Shown here: piece by piece, positions 1 through 10,780 of the stretch
How the letters are laid out: the number at the start of each line of letters is the position of its first letter
How positions within the stretch are numbered: the first letter of the stretch is position 1
Source of the DNA: Macrostomum lignano
Taxonomy: Eukaryota
Assembly: GCA_002269645.1 (NCBI GenBank)
Contig: NIVC01003936.1
Span: 4,772-68,771, forward strand
Length of the DNA stretch: 64,000 bases
Direction: 5' to 3'
Notes under the pieces: model-generated
Database searches by the model: none
What the model was told of the DNA's origin: nothing
What the model saw: only the letters and a program-made list of their open reading frames with translations
Program-made: the position numbers and the translations under genes

Positions 1-640
1 CATAAAATAGATATCAAAACTCCTTTCCCTTTCTTTGCGGCTCAAAGGAACGAGCAGGGCTCGCCCATGGATGATAGCAAGATCTGCCAGGTGGTAGAAA
101 AAAAACGCCAAGTGAATGAAAAAAAGCGAAGCAGCCTTCTGTAATTATCCTCGCGAACGCATCCAGCGTACGTCGCTCCAAGCACACTTGCATTCGGGCG
201 GGTGCCCTTTCTGCAACAAAATGAGGCACGCTAACAGAGCAGTAGGTGATTATTCTGCTGAATACGACGATGGCCCGCTGAGCATGCCGCCGACTTGACT
301 CGAGAAAATGCGAGCAAATGCTTAAAAATTTTGTCTATGGCCAGAGTTTCTAGTATCTATGCTCGTGCGGCCTAGTGTTCAATAAACTGTCAAGTCATAG
401 CTGATCATTTGTAGTCTGCCTACACCAAAACCAGGGCATTTCAGAGTTCGTTAATCACATTTTTGCAGTTTATAGTCTTCCCAAAGAGCCCTAGATGGCG
501 CTTGACAGAGCTCAGCCCATCTACTCAAAGTCCGCCAATCTAAACCTCAAGAATATTAGATTTTTTAATATTCCCCGCTGCGCTTGAAGCCGCCAATCTT
601 GAACACGAACCCCAAACAGGAAATCCGCAGAGAAACTGAC

Positions 641-984
641 CGACACTGCATCGACGAGGTGGGGAAGACGATCCCCATGGTGAGGCAGACTTCTATCGCC
701 AGGCTGCCGATGGACAGCAGGTCCGCCAGCGAAATTGCCAAGAAGAAGCTGAAGATCGGCGATCGCCGCAAAAGGCCTCCGCGGGCCATCACGCTGATGC
801 CGAAGCAGTTGCCTGCGACACCCACCGCTGCCACCACCACCAGAGCCGTCACCACCAGCGGCTTCGACTTTTCAGAGGCCCACTGGCAACTTTCCTCGGC
901 TTCCACTGTGAGGTTTCCTCCAGACTCCACTGCCTCATTTTGTAGAGCGGTGAAATTCGTCATTGTGGGCTGCCTGAAATGCAA
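641..984 (-). CDS. Class A (rhodopsin-like) GPCR, 5' coding exon (N-terminus, TM1, TM2, start of TM3)
   Basis: N-terminal N-glycosylation sequons (NFT, NLT); TM1 ending VAGN; TM2 with ISLADL; Cys before TM3 (MQCR) followed by a GTCAGT donor at 640-635. A candidate next exon starts at 138 (RLLRFFSFTWRFFSTTWQILLSS, TM3-like) but soon hits a stop, so the 3' part is uncertain or outside the window. Confidence 0.65.
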
Positions 985-1793
985 CAGTGGCGCAGTCGGC
1001 GGAGTGGAACCCAGCTATAGAAGTCACTCTTAGGCTGCATGCAAATCCAACTCACCCGCTGCGGGAGACTTTGCTGGTGCGTGGATTTGCCTTTCAGTTG
1101 GGAAATCCCTCCCGCAGCTGTTCCCCTATTTATCGTTGCTGCCTAAACAGAAATCCCAAACCGTTGGTACAGGATGAACCCCGAGCAGCCAATAAGCAAA
1201 GCGGTGTCGCCCTGCCCTCGCGCTGGAAATTCTGCCTTGCTGACAGCCAGCTAATCCCGATTTCCGATGCCGAGCAGGGAGATGCTGCACAGCTCCATCT
1301 TTTGATTGAAGTTTGCTCGTCACTTTAGGGGTTCGGTTTGTCGTGCAAACACTGACCATCTGGCCAGTTTTGTCTCCATGGCAACAGTGCGACAACAAAA
1401 CTATCTCTAGTTCTGGTGAAAAGTTTTACATTGTCCCCACTATGTAAGCAGGTTTATTTGTTACCTCCGCTCCTGGTGGAAAGCCGCACGACTACTCAAA
1501 GAGGCATGTTCCACTTAATGCCCTCGAGTAAAATATTTGGGATGAGGCCGTCCGCAAACGAGAATTGATTTTGGCAACAGCCAAGTTCTCGTGCACTTAA
1601 GCAGCTTTTGGTGCACGCCTGCATCAGTTCTCTGTGTATTGTGTAAAATAGGAATTCAGGTTGACTAGTGCAGTTAAACCATACACATCACTGTAAGAAT
1701 GCCCAAGGGTTTGAAAAAGTCACGAAATTAGTTTATGAGTCTCATTGTAGGAAAACCTTCTCAAAGAAATGCTGACGCAGAGAGGAAAGGGTT

Positions 1794-2223
1794 GGTTTCG
1801 CCCATTCTGCGCTAAGAGACATCATATCCGATGGTTTCGCCCATTCTGTGCTAAGAGACATCGTATCCGATGGTTTCGCATATTCTGTGCTAAGAGACAT
1901 CATATCCGATGGTTTCGCATATTCTGTGCTAAGAGACATCATATCCGATGGTTTCGCCCATTCTGCGCTAAGAGACATCATATCCGATGGTTTTGCCCAT
2001 TCTGTGCTAAGAGACATCATATCCGATGGTTTTGCCCATTCTGTGCTAAGAGACATCATATCCGATGGTTTTGCCCATTCTGTGCTAAGAGACATCATAT
2101 CCGATGGTTTTGCCCATTCTGTGCTAAGAGACATCATATCCGATGGTTTCGCATATTCTGTGCTAAGAGACATCATATCCGATGGTTTCGCCCATTCTGC
2201 GCTAAGATACATCATATCCGATG
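1794..2223. repeat. 39-bp minisatellite, ~11 copies
   Basis: Unit GAGACATCATATCCGATGGTTTTGCCCATTCTGTGCTAA repeated head-to-tail; explains ORFs 1742-2305. Confidence 0.95.
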
Positions 2224-3089
2224 GGATGTGGCTAAACGTTTCTCGTGTGCGGCACAAAATGATTGTTATTGTACAATTTACAAAAATCTAAAAAGCGACA
2301 GATAAGTGTCGTGGTGTGTGCTGTTTGTTACGTAATCGGAAGCATTTACGATATCCGCCATTTATGTTCTTACTATTGTAAACGCTGGCCACTCTGATGT
2401 CATGCCCAGTTGAGATGCAGCTAAGCAATTCGAGCAGTCTTGGCGGATGCTGAACTTTATACGGGAGACGGAACTGTGCCTGCAAAGGGAAATAACGATA
2501 AACTTGATCCGGTTATTGCACTGCGCTCCCGACGTCCTTTAATCAGTTTACACGCATAGCAAGCTGAAATCAATCGCGCGCAATATCCGAAATACTCAGA
2601 GAGCACAAAACTCATTGGAGCGATTTCGGTGTTTCAACAGGCAGTTGCGATCGGAGCTGAAATAATTCCGGGCCAGCCCGAGCTGATGAGTAGTTGGAAA
2701 CTAGAGAAGCACTTTTCTGCTCAGAGCGTGCACCAAGTTTGCTGTCTTTGCACCCGGTCGCTCGGCTAGGCTAGCGCTTGTAAAAGACTTTATTTGTCCC
2801 TCCAGACACGAGATAAAACTCGGGGCAGCTGCTAAGGATATTAAGGACACCATTTTGATGTTTTTCCTATCCGGACTGAACTATACTTAACGAGCGCTCT
2901 GTGTCCAAACTGAGTGAGCAAAGTAACGCCTGCTCGGACACTTTTATACATGTAAGCAAATATGGTTTTCTGGCATAAAGTCAATTCCAAAAGTCAAACA
3001 TTTTTGTCCAGTCTCTTATTGAGATGATGCAGCAGCCGTCTCCCACACCCGTAATTCACGAGAGGTCGAGCTTGGGATGCAATTCGATT

Positions 3090-3425
3090 GAATCCCAACA
3101 ATGTGGCCGTGGAGAGCGAAGATTCTCAGGCGCAGAAAGTCTTGGGGAAGGTTCTGCCAAGTGCAATGACATGGGGCAGCTTGAAGAAGTCCCGGACATG
3201 CTCGATGGGGTTCATGTCTGGGGGGGAGCAGGGTGGTTGTGAGACTGGGAGTTTGACTAACATGCTGAGCTACGCGTATCGAGGTACCGACTGCCTTAAC
3301 GCGGGACTTTGTCAGCAGCCTTCGAATTTTGCTGCTCGCGTTCAACCAAAGCACCGTGCAGCCTCACTGATTGACACACCGTCTTCTAGCATTCCAACAG
3401 CTTGCCATTATTCAGCCTTCGTCAT
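3090..3425 (-). mobile_element. Degenerate, internally deleted Tc1-like (DD34E) transposase relic
   Basis: Minus-strand translation gives MTKAE*WQAVGMLEDGVSISEAARCFG (Tc1 N-terminal HTH), then PPCSPPDMNPIEHVRDFFK (cf. SPDLNPIEHLW) and WQNLPQDFL, with stops and frameshifts. Confidence 0.65.
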
Positions 3426-3593
3426 TTGCCGCACAAAAATTTTGCAATCGTGCGTGTGAATTGGACTAACATGTGGACTAACAGAACTCCATCAATCGGC
3501 TCGATGTGAAATTGTCTATGGCTTGAAGTCCGCCTAGCAAAAGATGATTTTGGAAGAAGCTCAAAACCGGCTTGAGCTCAGCCGAGTGCAGAC

Positions 3594-3983
3594 CATGGAT
3601 GAATGAATAGAATGGATTGCTATTCTGGCTCTGGCTATTTTCGTTTTTGACTCTTTTGCATCCGGTTCCCCCCCGTGCCTTTTCATTGGTTGATGATTGC
3701 CATAGACAATTTTCGGCCTTCGCCCCTTTCTTTCGATGCACAAGCGCAAAGAACTGAGAATGTCAGTTACTTGCAGAGAATATCGAGCGCTCGTAGGTCT
3801 TCCCCCTTTATTTCAAAACACGAGCGAAAGCGCTTGTGCATCGAAAGAAAGGGGCGAAGGCCGAAAATTGTCTATGGCAATCATCAACCAATGAAAAGGC
3901 ACGGGGGGGAACCGGATGCAAAAGAGTCAAAAACGAAAATAGCCAGAGCCAGAATAGCAATCCATTCTATTCATTCATCCATG
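3594..3983. mobile_element. 390-bp foldback MITE with 154-bp TIRs and 8-bp TSD (hAT-like)
   Basis: Arms 3594-3747 and 3830-3983 are reverse complements (mirror ORFs MHRKKGAK... on both strands); termini CATGG...CCATG; direct repeat GTGCAGAC at 3586-3593 and 3984-3991. Confidence 0.9.
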
Positions 3984-4058
3984 GTGCAGACTTGAACTAC
4001 ATAACATCTGCACGAGAGACGCGACTTCAAAACTTTGAAGAGTTTACCAATAATAGCC

Positions 4059-5858
4059 ATGGATTTCATACGCTTGTCCGTCTTGCCAACAGATCTCCTA
4101 CTTCAAGCCACCAATGAGGAATTCAAAGAGGAGCCCGAGACGACGCTTCCAGGCCGAAGGGTGTCGAATCTCAGCACAGGCTCGAACGATGATGCAACAG
4201 TTGTTCATCGGGTTTGTTCCAGCCGGTGTGTGGAGATAATGCCCCTCCTGATTAACTCCAGCTTCAAGTCTAAGTACTGGACCTTCAAGACAGTCGCCAT
4301 GCCAGACTGCTACGTATTCTCGCACAGGAGTTCGCGTTGCATTATCCTGGAAGTGGTCACCCGATTCCCGGAATCGCAGACTGAGAACCTGCACTCGTAC
4401 AAGTTTTCCGCGCACCCGTTTTTCGAGGACAAAGTGAGCACCTACACTAGGTGGAAAAGAAAGGACACTCCAAATCAAAACCTGGTTCGCTCCAGGACTT
4501 GGGATGTGGCACTGAATGTAGTGATGAAGATTGAGGCCGTGCCAGCTCCGTTTAACAAGTACCGGTACCTGCTGAAGCGTGAGTCGGAAATCCTGCAGTT
4601 TATGTGGGACAAGTACCTGGACTCTGGCGCCGACATCGATGAAATGACGGGGATTCCTATGCTCTTCGAATACCAGGAGGTGCCGAACGACACTTTCTAT
4701 GTGACAACAAGCTCCAACCAAGTCGACGAAATTGACCAGTTCGGCAAGATGAAGCCGATCAGCTTCCCGCCTGCCTCAGACCAGCGAACGACCCTGTCGT
4801 ACATGACGATGGAGAAGTTGGGGCCCAATCTCAGCTACTTGCAGCGGCTCGTCAAGGCCGCTCAAACACCGCCGTATACATTCGATTTGTGGACAGCAGC
4901 AAAGATATTCGACCAGCTCATTTGCCGCATCCTGCAGGTGCACAAGTCAGGCGTCGTGCACAATGACATCTCGCCGGAGAACATCTACATGGGAAACGGA
5001 GTCGCATTTGACGTGGTCTACCTGAACAACTACAAGCGCTCGTACATCGTGGCCGAGGGAGATAAAAAAGGTCCGTCCGGCTTGGCCTCCTCGTCCATCG
5101 GCTGCAACGTCCGGTTTGCCTCGGTAGGCCAGCTGAGTGGGTCGGTCTACAACATGAGCCCCATTGACGACATTGAGTCGGCATTCTACGTGTTGCTGGC
5201 CATGCTGAGCAGCGACTCTCTGCCTTGGGACGGCGTGCTGCGCTTAAAGCGAACTTCGGAGTATTCGCTACGGGGCGCTTCGTCCAACTCCAACGCTCGA
5301 GAGAACAACACCGTCACTGAGGAACAAAAGACGCAGATCCTGCCAACCCGAATTTCTAATGAGACTCTGAGAAAGGTGATGGATTTCAAAAATCGATTTT
5401 GGCAGTCATCTCAGCTTGTTAACCTTGTCCTGTCCAACTGTCACTGCCTGTTTTCGGGTGACGCAAAGCAGGCGTCGAGCATCGCGATGTTCATTACAGA
5501 TTTGTACCTCCGGGTGCGGGACTGGCGACAGAACTTCAAGTCCTTCGACGACTACTATCAATACTGCAAAAAGCTCAACCGCTCATCCAGCGAGGAGTTT
5601 CGCCAGTTCATGGAGCTGCGCAAATGCGCGCTAGTTTACTTCGAGTTTTCCGAAACTTTCGACATACTCAACGACATCACTTTCCGCAAAAAGGTGGACC
5701 AGCTCAAGAACGACTCGGTCACCCAGCAGCCATGGAATGCTTTCGTGTGGTGCTTCAATAATATTGAAATCACGACGCAGAGCAAGAGGTCCGTCTCGTT
5801 TGTCTCCTCGGTTGCGCAAGGCTTCCGGAGAAAGTCAGTTGCGCGCACCAGCAGGTGA
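4059..5858 (+). CDS. Intronless casein kinase 1-like protein, predicted pseudokinase (~599 aa)
   Basis: CK1-type motifs VVMKIE, LKRESEIL, GIP, MTMEKLGPNL, DQLICRILQVH, RFAS, SPIDDIES..Y, SLPW. Catalytic loop is HNDISPEN and DFG is replaced by NNY. First ATG at 4059. Confidence 0.85.
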   Translation: MDFIRLSVLPTDLLLQATNEEFKEEPETTLPGRRVSNLSTGSNDDATVVHRVCSSRCVEIMPLLINSSFKSKYWTFKTVAMPDCYVFSHRSSRCIILEVVTRFPESQTENLHSYKFSAHPFFEDKVSTYTRWKRKDTPNQNLVRSRTWDVALNVVMKIEAVPAPFNKYRYLLKRESEILQFMWDKYLDSGADIDEMTGIPMLFEYQEVPNDTFYVTTSSNQVDEIDQFGKMKPISFPPASDQRTTLSYMTMEKLGPNLSYLQRLVKAAQTPPYTFDLWTAAKIFDQLICRILQVHKSGVVHNDISPENIYMGNGVAFDVVYLNNYKRSYIVAEGDKKGPSGLASSSIGCNVRFASVGQLSGSVYNMSPIDDIESAFYVLLAMLSSDSLPWDGVLRLKRTSEYSLRGASSNSNARENNTVTEEQKTQILPTRISNETLRKVMDFKNRFWQSSQLVNLVLSNCHCLFSGDAKQASSIAMFITDLYLRVRDWRQNFKSFDDYYQYCKKLNRSSSEEFRQFMELRKCALVYFEFSETFDILNDITFRKKVDQLKNDSVTQQPWNAFVWCFNNIEITTQSKRSVSFVSSVAQGFRRKSVARTSR

Positions 5859-6876
5859 TCACTAATTGCTGCAACTACTTCTAAGTCTTCACAATGTACC
5901 GGGGGTATGAAAATTATTGACGCACTGTGTATGCTAATAATAAACAGCATACCTGTCTCTGTACTCTGGCCGTACGCTACCTACACAAATTATTTTATTC
6001 TGTTACTAACCAGTAAGCGCAAACCATGAAATGTATTCCTATGAGCGTACTGAAATCGCAATAAACTACTGACTGCAAGTGTAAAACAGCGCAGCGGATC
6101 TGCAATGCAGCCACTGCGCGGCTATTCGAGTACAAATAACTCATCTTTAAGCCTTAAAATCTACTTTTTTATAGTTTGTAGCAGTGTGGTTTCTGTATAT
6201 TAGAAAACGGCATTCGTTGTATTTCACTCAGCGGAGGCTGGAAGCATCAGAGCCGATCTCGCAGTTGAAAGCCGGCCGTTCATAGAAAACAAAATAGAGA
6301 ATCGGTGCTCAGTGTGCTCAAGAAAAGTCGCTGCAATGCACGGGAAAAATAAAACCAAGAGTATCCATCTCTATAAACTGATAGAAAATCTCGCGGCATA
6401 AATTAGGCACGTTAAGCAGACATTCGAACAAGGAAAATCCCTAGCGAAGGAAAGCGGCGGCCAGGAAAGCAATGGACTGCGAACAGCGCGTGCTGGTTGC
6501 CAGGGCTGAGAGCAGCGAGCGCGGAAGACTAACAGAGTTGCTGTGCTTTGAAGGTGAGCAGTGGAAAACAGGTCTACCAAGACAATTCTTAGAATAACAA
6601 TAAAAGGGCATCAAACGAAAGAGTTTGGTCAAGTACAGATATCGGGATCAGAAGTTACTACTGTGATACAGAACGTTTGTATGGTTTAAAATCCATACAA
6701 GGCAATATAAAAGCATTTATCTCTAAAAGTACTCGTAAGTTCAAATTCTCAGAGAATTTCTAACCCGCGCGATGTGCGCAAGAAATAATTTTATAAAGTC
6801 AGATTTTGATTTTTCAGTCTCGAAATTGCTGCAAATTTCAGTCAGCTTTTTTCAGCCCCACTCGCCATTGGCGGCG

Positions 6877-9800
6877 TCAAAGGGTGGCGTGGCACAGGGC
6901 GATCTTGTCGAAGGTCACAAATGTGCCTTGGTTCTGCTTGCTGCAATTGAGTTGAGTTTGGGTTTCAGTGCCAATCGCAAAACAGCTTAAAAAAGAAAGC
7001 AAAAAGTGGCAAATTTTCCTGCTGCCTCACCACTGGAAATACCGCCGCCCGTCGAACACTCCGTCGTGCTTCCCGGCCAGCCCGTCCGCCAGCTCCACGC
7101 CAACGTAGGTGCCCTGCCGGCCGTGCAGACTGCCGACATATCGGACGCGGCCGCGGGTCAGACGGCCCCGACTGCCGCAGAACTCAACAAGATCGCCTTG
7201 GTGGAGGTCTGACTCGCTGCGAGGCGCGAAGGTTCGCGGCTGGCGTTGCTGGTGCGCCGGTGGCGCCTGTGACAAGGACGGAGGCACCGTCGAGGACCAA
7301 ACTGGACGTCGCGGTTGCACCGGTGGCGGCAGCGGACTGGAAGCTGTCGCATCGACATCGCGATCGTCGTTCCGTCCCAGGATGTCATAGACAGCTTCAT
7401 CGACATCGTCGTCAAAGTCTGTGCGCGGTGGTCGTCGCCGGTTATTGCGCCGTCCAGGTGTCGTTCGACGAGGTTGCGGATCCTCGGCCAGTGAGGCGAC
7501 GTCGTCGCTCTCAATGTCGTCCAAATCCAGTCGGCGGCGTCGGCCAAGAGTTGATAAAGGAGGTGGTGGAGGCATCGGCGGCGGCTCCAGGATCCGGTAG
7601 CTTGGCTGTCGGTGGCCTGCGCGAATCCTCGGAGTCAGCGGCGGATCTATGGAGTTTTTATGCTTGAGTAGTTATGTATCATAGCTACACGTGGCCAGTA
7701 GAAACAAACAAATAAAATTATACAACTCCTATACAAGGTTAGGAAGCGCAATATTTACTGCAGAAAATAATTCGTTCCCTCTAACAATTAACTGCCACAG
7801 AATATACATATTCTGTGATTCACTGCTCTTAATTTACACACGGAATTAGTAGCAGAAAATCCTGGTACAGATGTAATACGATGGTCGATGTTTTAATGAG
7901 AGACACAAGCTAATGAATAAAAATATCCTTTGGGTATCATCAAAATTGGTTTAGTTACTCAAACGAGAGCTGAGTCGAGCCTGTGTCCAACATGCCCATT
8001 CGATGTTCAGCTCGACTGTACAACCCAGCCTCTCACCATAGTCGCTGCGATGAGAAGTCAGCCCGGACAGAAAGGTACGCTGCAGGTTCACTTCATCTTT
8101 GAGTCGAAGATTTTCCCGTTGAAGCTCATCGGAGCGAATTCGCGTTAGCTCCAGCTCGCGGCGCAGCTCGTCCAGCTCGACCTGCAGGTGGGCGCACTGG
8201 TCGTGGCCTCGGTGCCGCAGTCGGTTCAACTGCGGGTCATCGTGGGTGTCAGGGAAAACAGCTGAATGTTGAGAGGTGAATGACTAGCTTGTACGGGCAG
8301 AGATGCTGGTGGAGGAGGGGGCTTTTCGAAGCGCAACAGGTGGTTAACTGAATCGCATGAACCGACCAGCTGAATAGGACGAAGGGAGAACAGGGAATTG
8401 AACAGTCATTGATCAGTGAGGCCAAGCATGCAGGGTTCAGCAATCAAGCAAAGGCACCTCGTTCCGGAGCACCCGATTCTCCACCACAAGCTCGTCGACG
8501 GTGGCCTGCAGCCGTGCATCGCTTGGTGGCTCCCAGGCTGGAGGTGGGGGCGGCGGTGGTCCGCTGTAGTCGGGGTTAGCGCGCAGGCTCTGATTGGCAT
8601 CGCTCAGGTTCAGCACCTGCGCCTCCAGATCGGCTGGATGTAAGGAGCGCCGGGATGGGAAAAGAAAATTATACAAACTACGACGTAGCAAAGTAGGAGA
8701 GAATTGTTTGGGGAACTCGGTAACAGAGTAGCTACTCACCAATTCTGCGATGCAAGGCATCTGGTGAGATGAATGGCGGATCAGCTGCAGGTGGTGGCGG
8801 CGCTTCCTCTGCTGGAGGCTGCAAATAATCAGAGTCTTCGTTACTTTATACGCCTTAACTTGCACAAAATTTTGATTTTTAACTTACGTCTTCAACCGGG
8901 GGATCTTTAGAGTAGCTGGCCTTGCTTTTCCGACTGCTGCTCTTTTTGCTGCAGCTACTTCTGCTACTAGCACTGCTACTACTGCTGGTGGACTTTGCAG
9001 ATCTGTGAGAACTTAACTCTGCCTTCGCATCGACCTCATCCAACCCAGCAGACTTTTCTTGCTTGCCAAGGTTTTCACCTGCTATCTCTGCTACAATGGA
9101 TTCCTCATCAACAACTGATGGAGGCTTCGATGGCGTCTTTTGACCTTCGTCGACAACTGATGGAGGCTTGGATGACGTCTTCTGACCTTCATCTACAACT
9201 GATGGAGGCTTCGATGGCGTCTTCTGTCCTTCGTCGACAACTGATGGAGGCTTCGATGGCGTCTTCTGTCCTTCGTCGACAACTGATGGAGGCTTCGATG
9301 GCGTCTTCTGTCCTTCATCTACAACTGATGGAGGCTTCGATGGCGTCTTCTGCCCTTCGTCGACAACTGATGGAGGCTTCGATGGCGTCTTCTGTCCTTC
9401 GTCGACAACTGATGGAGGCTTGGATGGCGTCTTCTGTCCTTCGTCGACAACTGATGGAGGCTTCGATGGCATCTTCTGTCCTTCGTCGACAACTGATGAA
9501 GGCTTCGATGGCGTCTTCTGCCCTTCGTCGACAACTGATGGAGGCTTCGAAGGCGTCTTCTGACCTTCATCTACAACTGACGGTGGGTTTGATGGCGTCT
9601 TCTGTCCTTCGTCAACAACTGACGGTGGGTTTGATGGCGTCTCCTGTCCTTCGTCAACAACTGACGGTGGGTTTGATGGTGTCTTCTGTCCTTCGTCGAC
9701 AACTGATGGAGGCTTCGATGGCGTCTTCTGACCTTCATCTACAACTGACGGTGGGTTTGATGCCGTCTTCTGTCCTTCGTCAACAACTGACGGTGGGTTT

Positions 9801-10780
9801 GATGCCGTCTTCTGTCCTTCGTCGACAACTGATGGAGGCTTGGATGGCGTCTTCTGATCTCCATCTACAACTGATGGAGGCTTCGATGGCGTCTTCTGTC
9901 CTTCGTCAACAACTGACGGTGGGTTTGATGGCGTCTTCTGTCCTTCGTCGACAACTGATGGAGGCTTGGATGGCGTCTTCTGATCTCCATCTACAACTGA
10001 TGGAGGCTTCGATAATGTCTTCTGTCCTTCGTCGACAACTGATGGAGGCTTCGATGGCGTCTTCTGTCCTTCATCTACAACTGACGGTGGGTTTGATGGC
10101 GTCTTTTGACCTTCGTCGACAACTGATGGAGGCTTCGAAGGCGTCTTCTGACCTTCATCTACAACTGACGGTGGGTTTGATGGCGTCTTCTGTCCTTCGT
10201 CGACAACTGACGGTGGGTTTGATGCCGTCTTCTGTCCTTCGTCGACAACTGATGGAGGCTTGGATGGCGTCTTCTGTCCTTCGTCGACAACTGATGGAGG
10301 CTTCGATGGCATCTTCTGTCCTTCGTCGACAACTGATGAAGGCTTCGATGGCGTCTTCTGCCCTTCGTCGACAACTGATGGAGGCTTCGAAGGCGTCTTC
10401 TGACCTTCATCTACAACTGACGGTGGGTTTGATGGCGTCTTCTGTCCTTCGTCAACAACTGATGGAGGCTTCGATGGCGTCTTCTGTCCTTCATCTACAA
10501 CTGACGGTGGGTTTGATGGCGTCTTCTGTCCTTCGTCAACAACTGACGGTGGGTTTGATGGCGTCTTTTGACCTTCATCCACAAGTGATGCAGGCTTTAC
10601 AGGTGTTCTAAGGCCCTCGTCGATAGCGGACCGCTTTGGAGATATATTTTCTCGCTGGCTGTCAATGTCCGTAGCTCTACCACTAACTATGTGCAGCAGT
10701 GGTGGATCAGCTTCAATCCTGAAGTTTTCATCTTCTGAATTCTCTTGGTCTTCACCGAACTGTTGATCTTGAAAATCCAT
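6877..10780 (-). CDS. Repeat-rich coiled-coil protein with C-terminal CAP-Gly domain (6 exons, ~1006 aa)
   Basis: Exons 10780-8888, 8818-8740, 8633-8458, 8229-8037, 7646-7031, 6940-6877; all GT-AG and phase-consistent (3021 nt). CAP-Gly: GRVRYVGSLHGRQGTYVGVELADGLAGKHDGVFDGRRYFQC|KQNQGTFV. Heptad-rich exons 3-4. Confidence 0.9.
9105..10590 (-). repeat. Coding 42-bp (14-aa) tandem repeat, ~35 copies (SVVDEGQKTPS[K/N]PP)
   Basis: Direct inspection; stays in frame inside exon 1 of the CAP-Gly gene. Confidence 0.95.

Noticed and set aside
8995-10611. 538-aa plus-strand ORF
   Set aside because: Stop-free antisense reading of the 42-bp coding repeat; the minus strand has the spliced gene.
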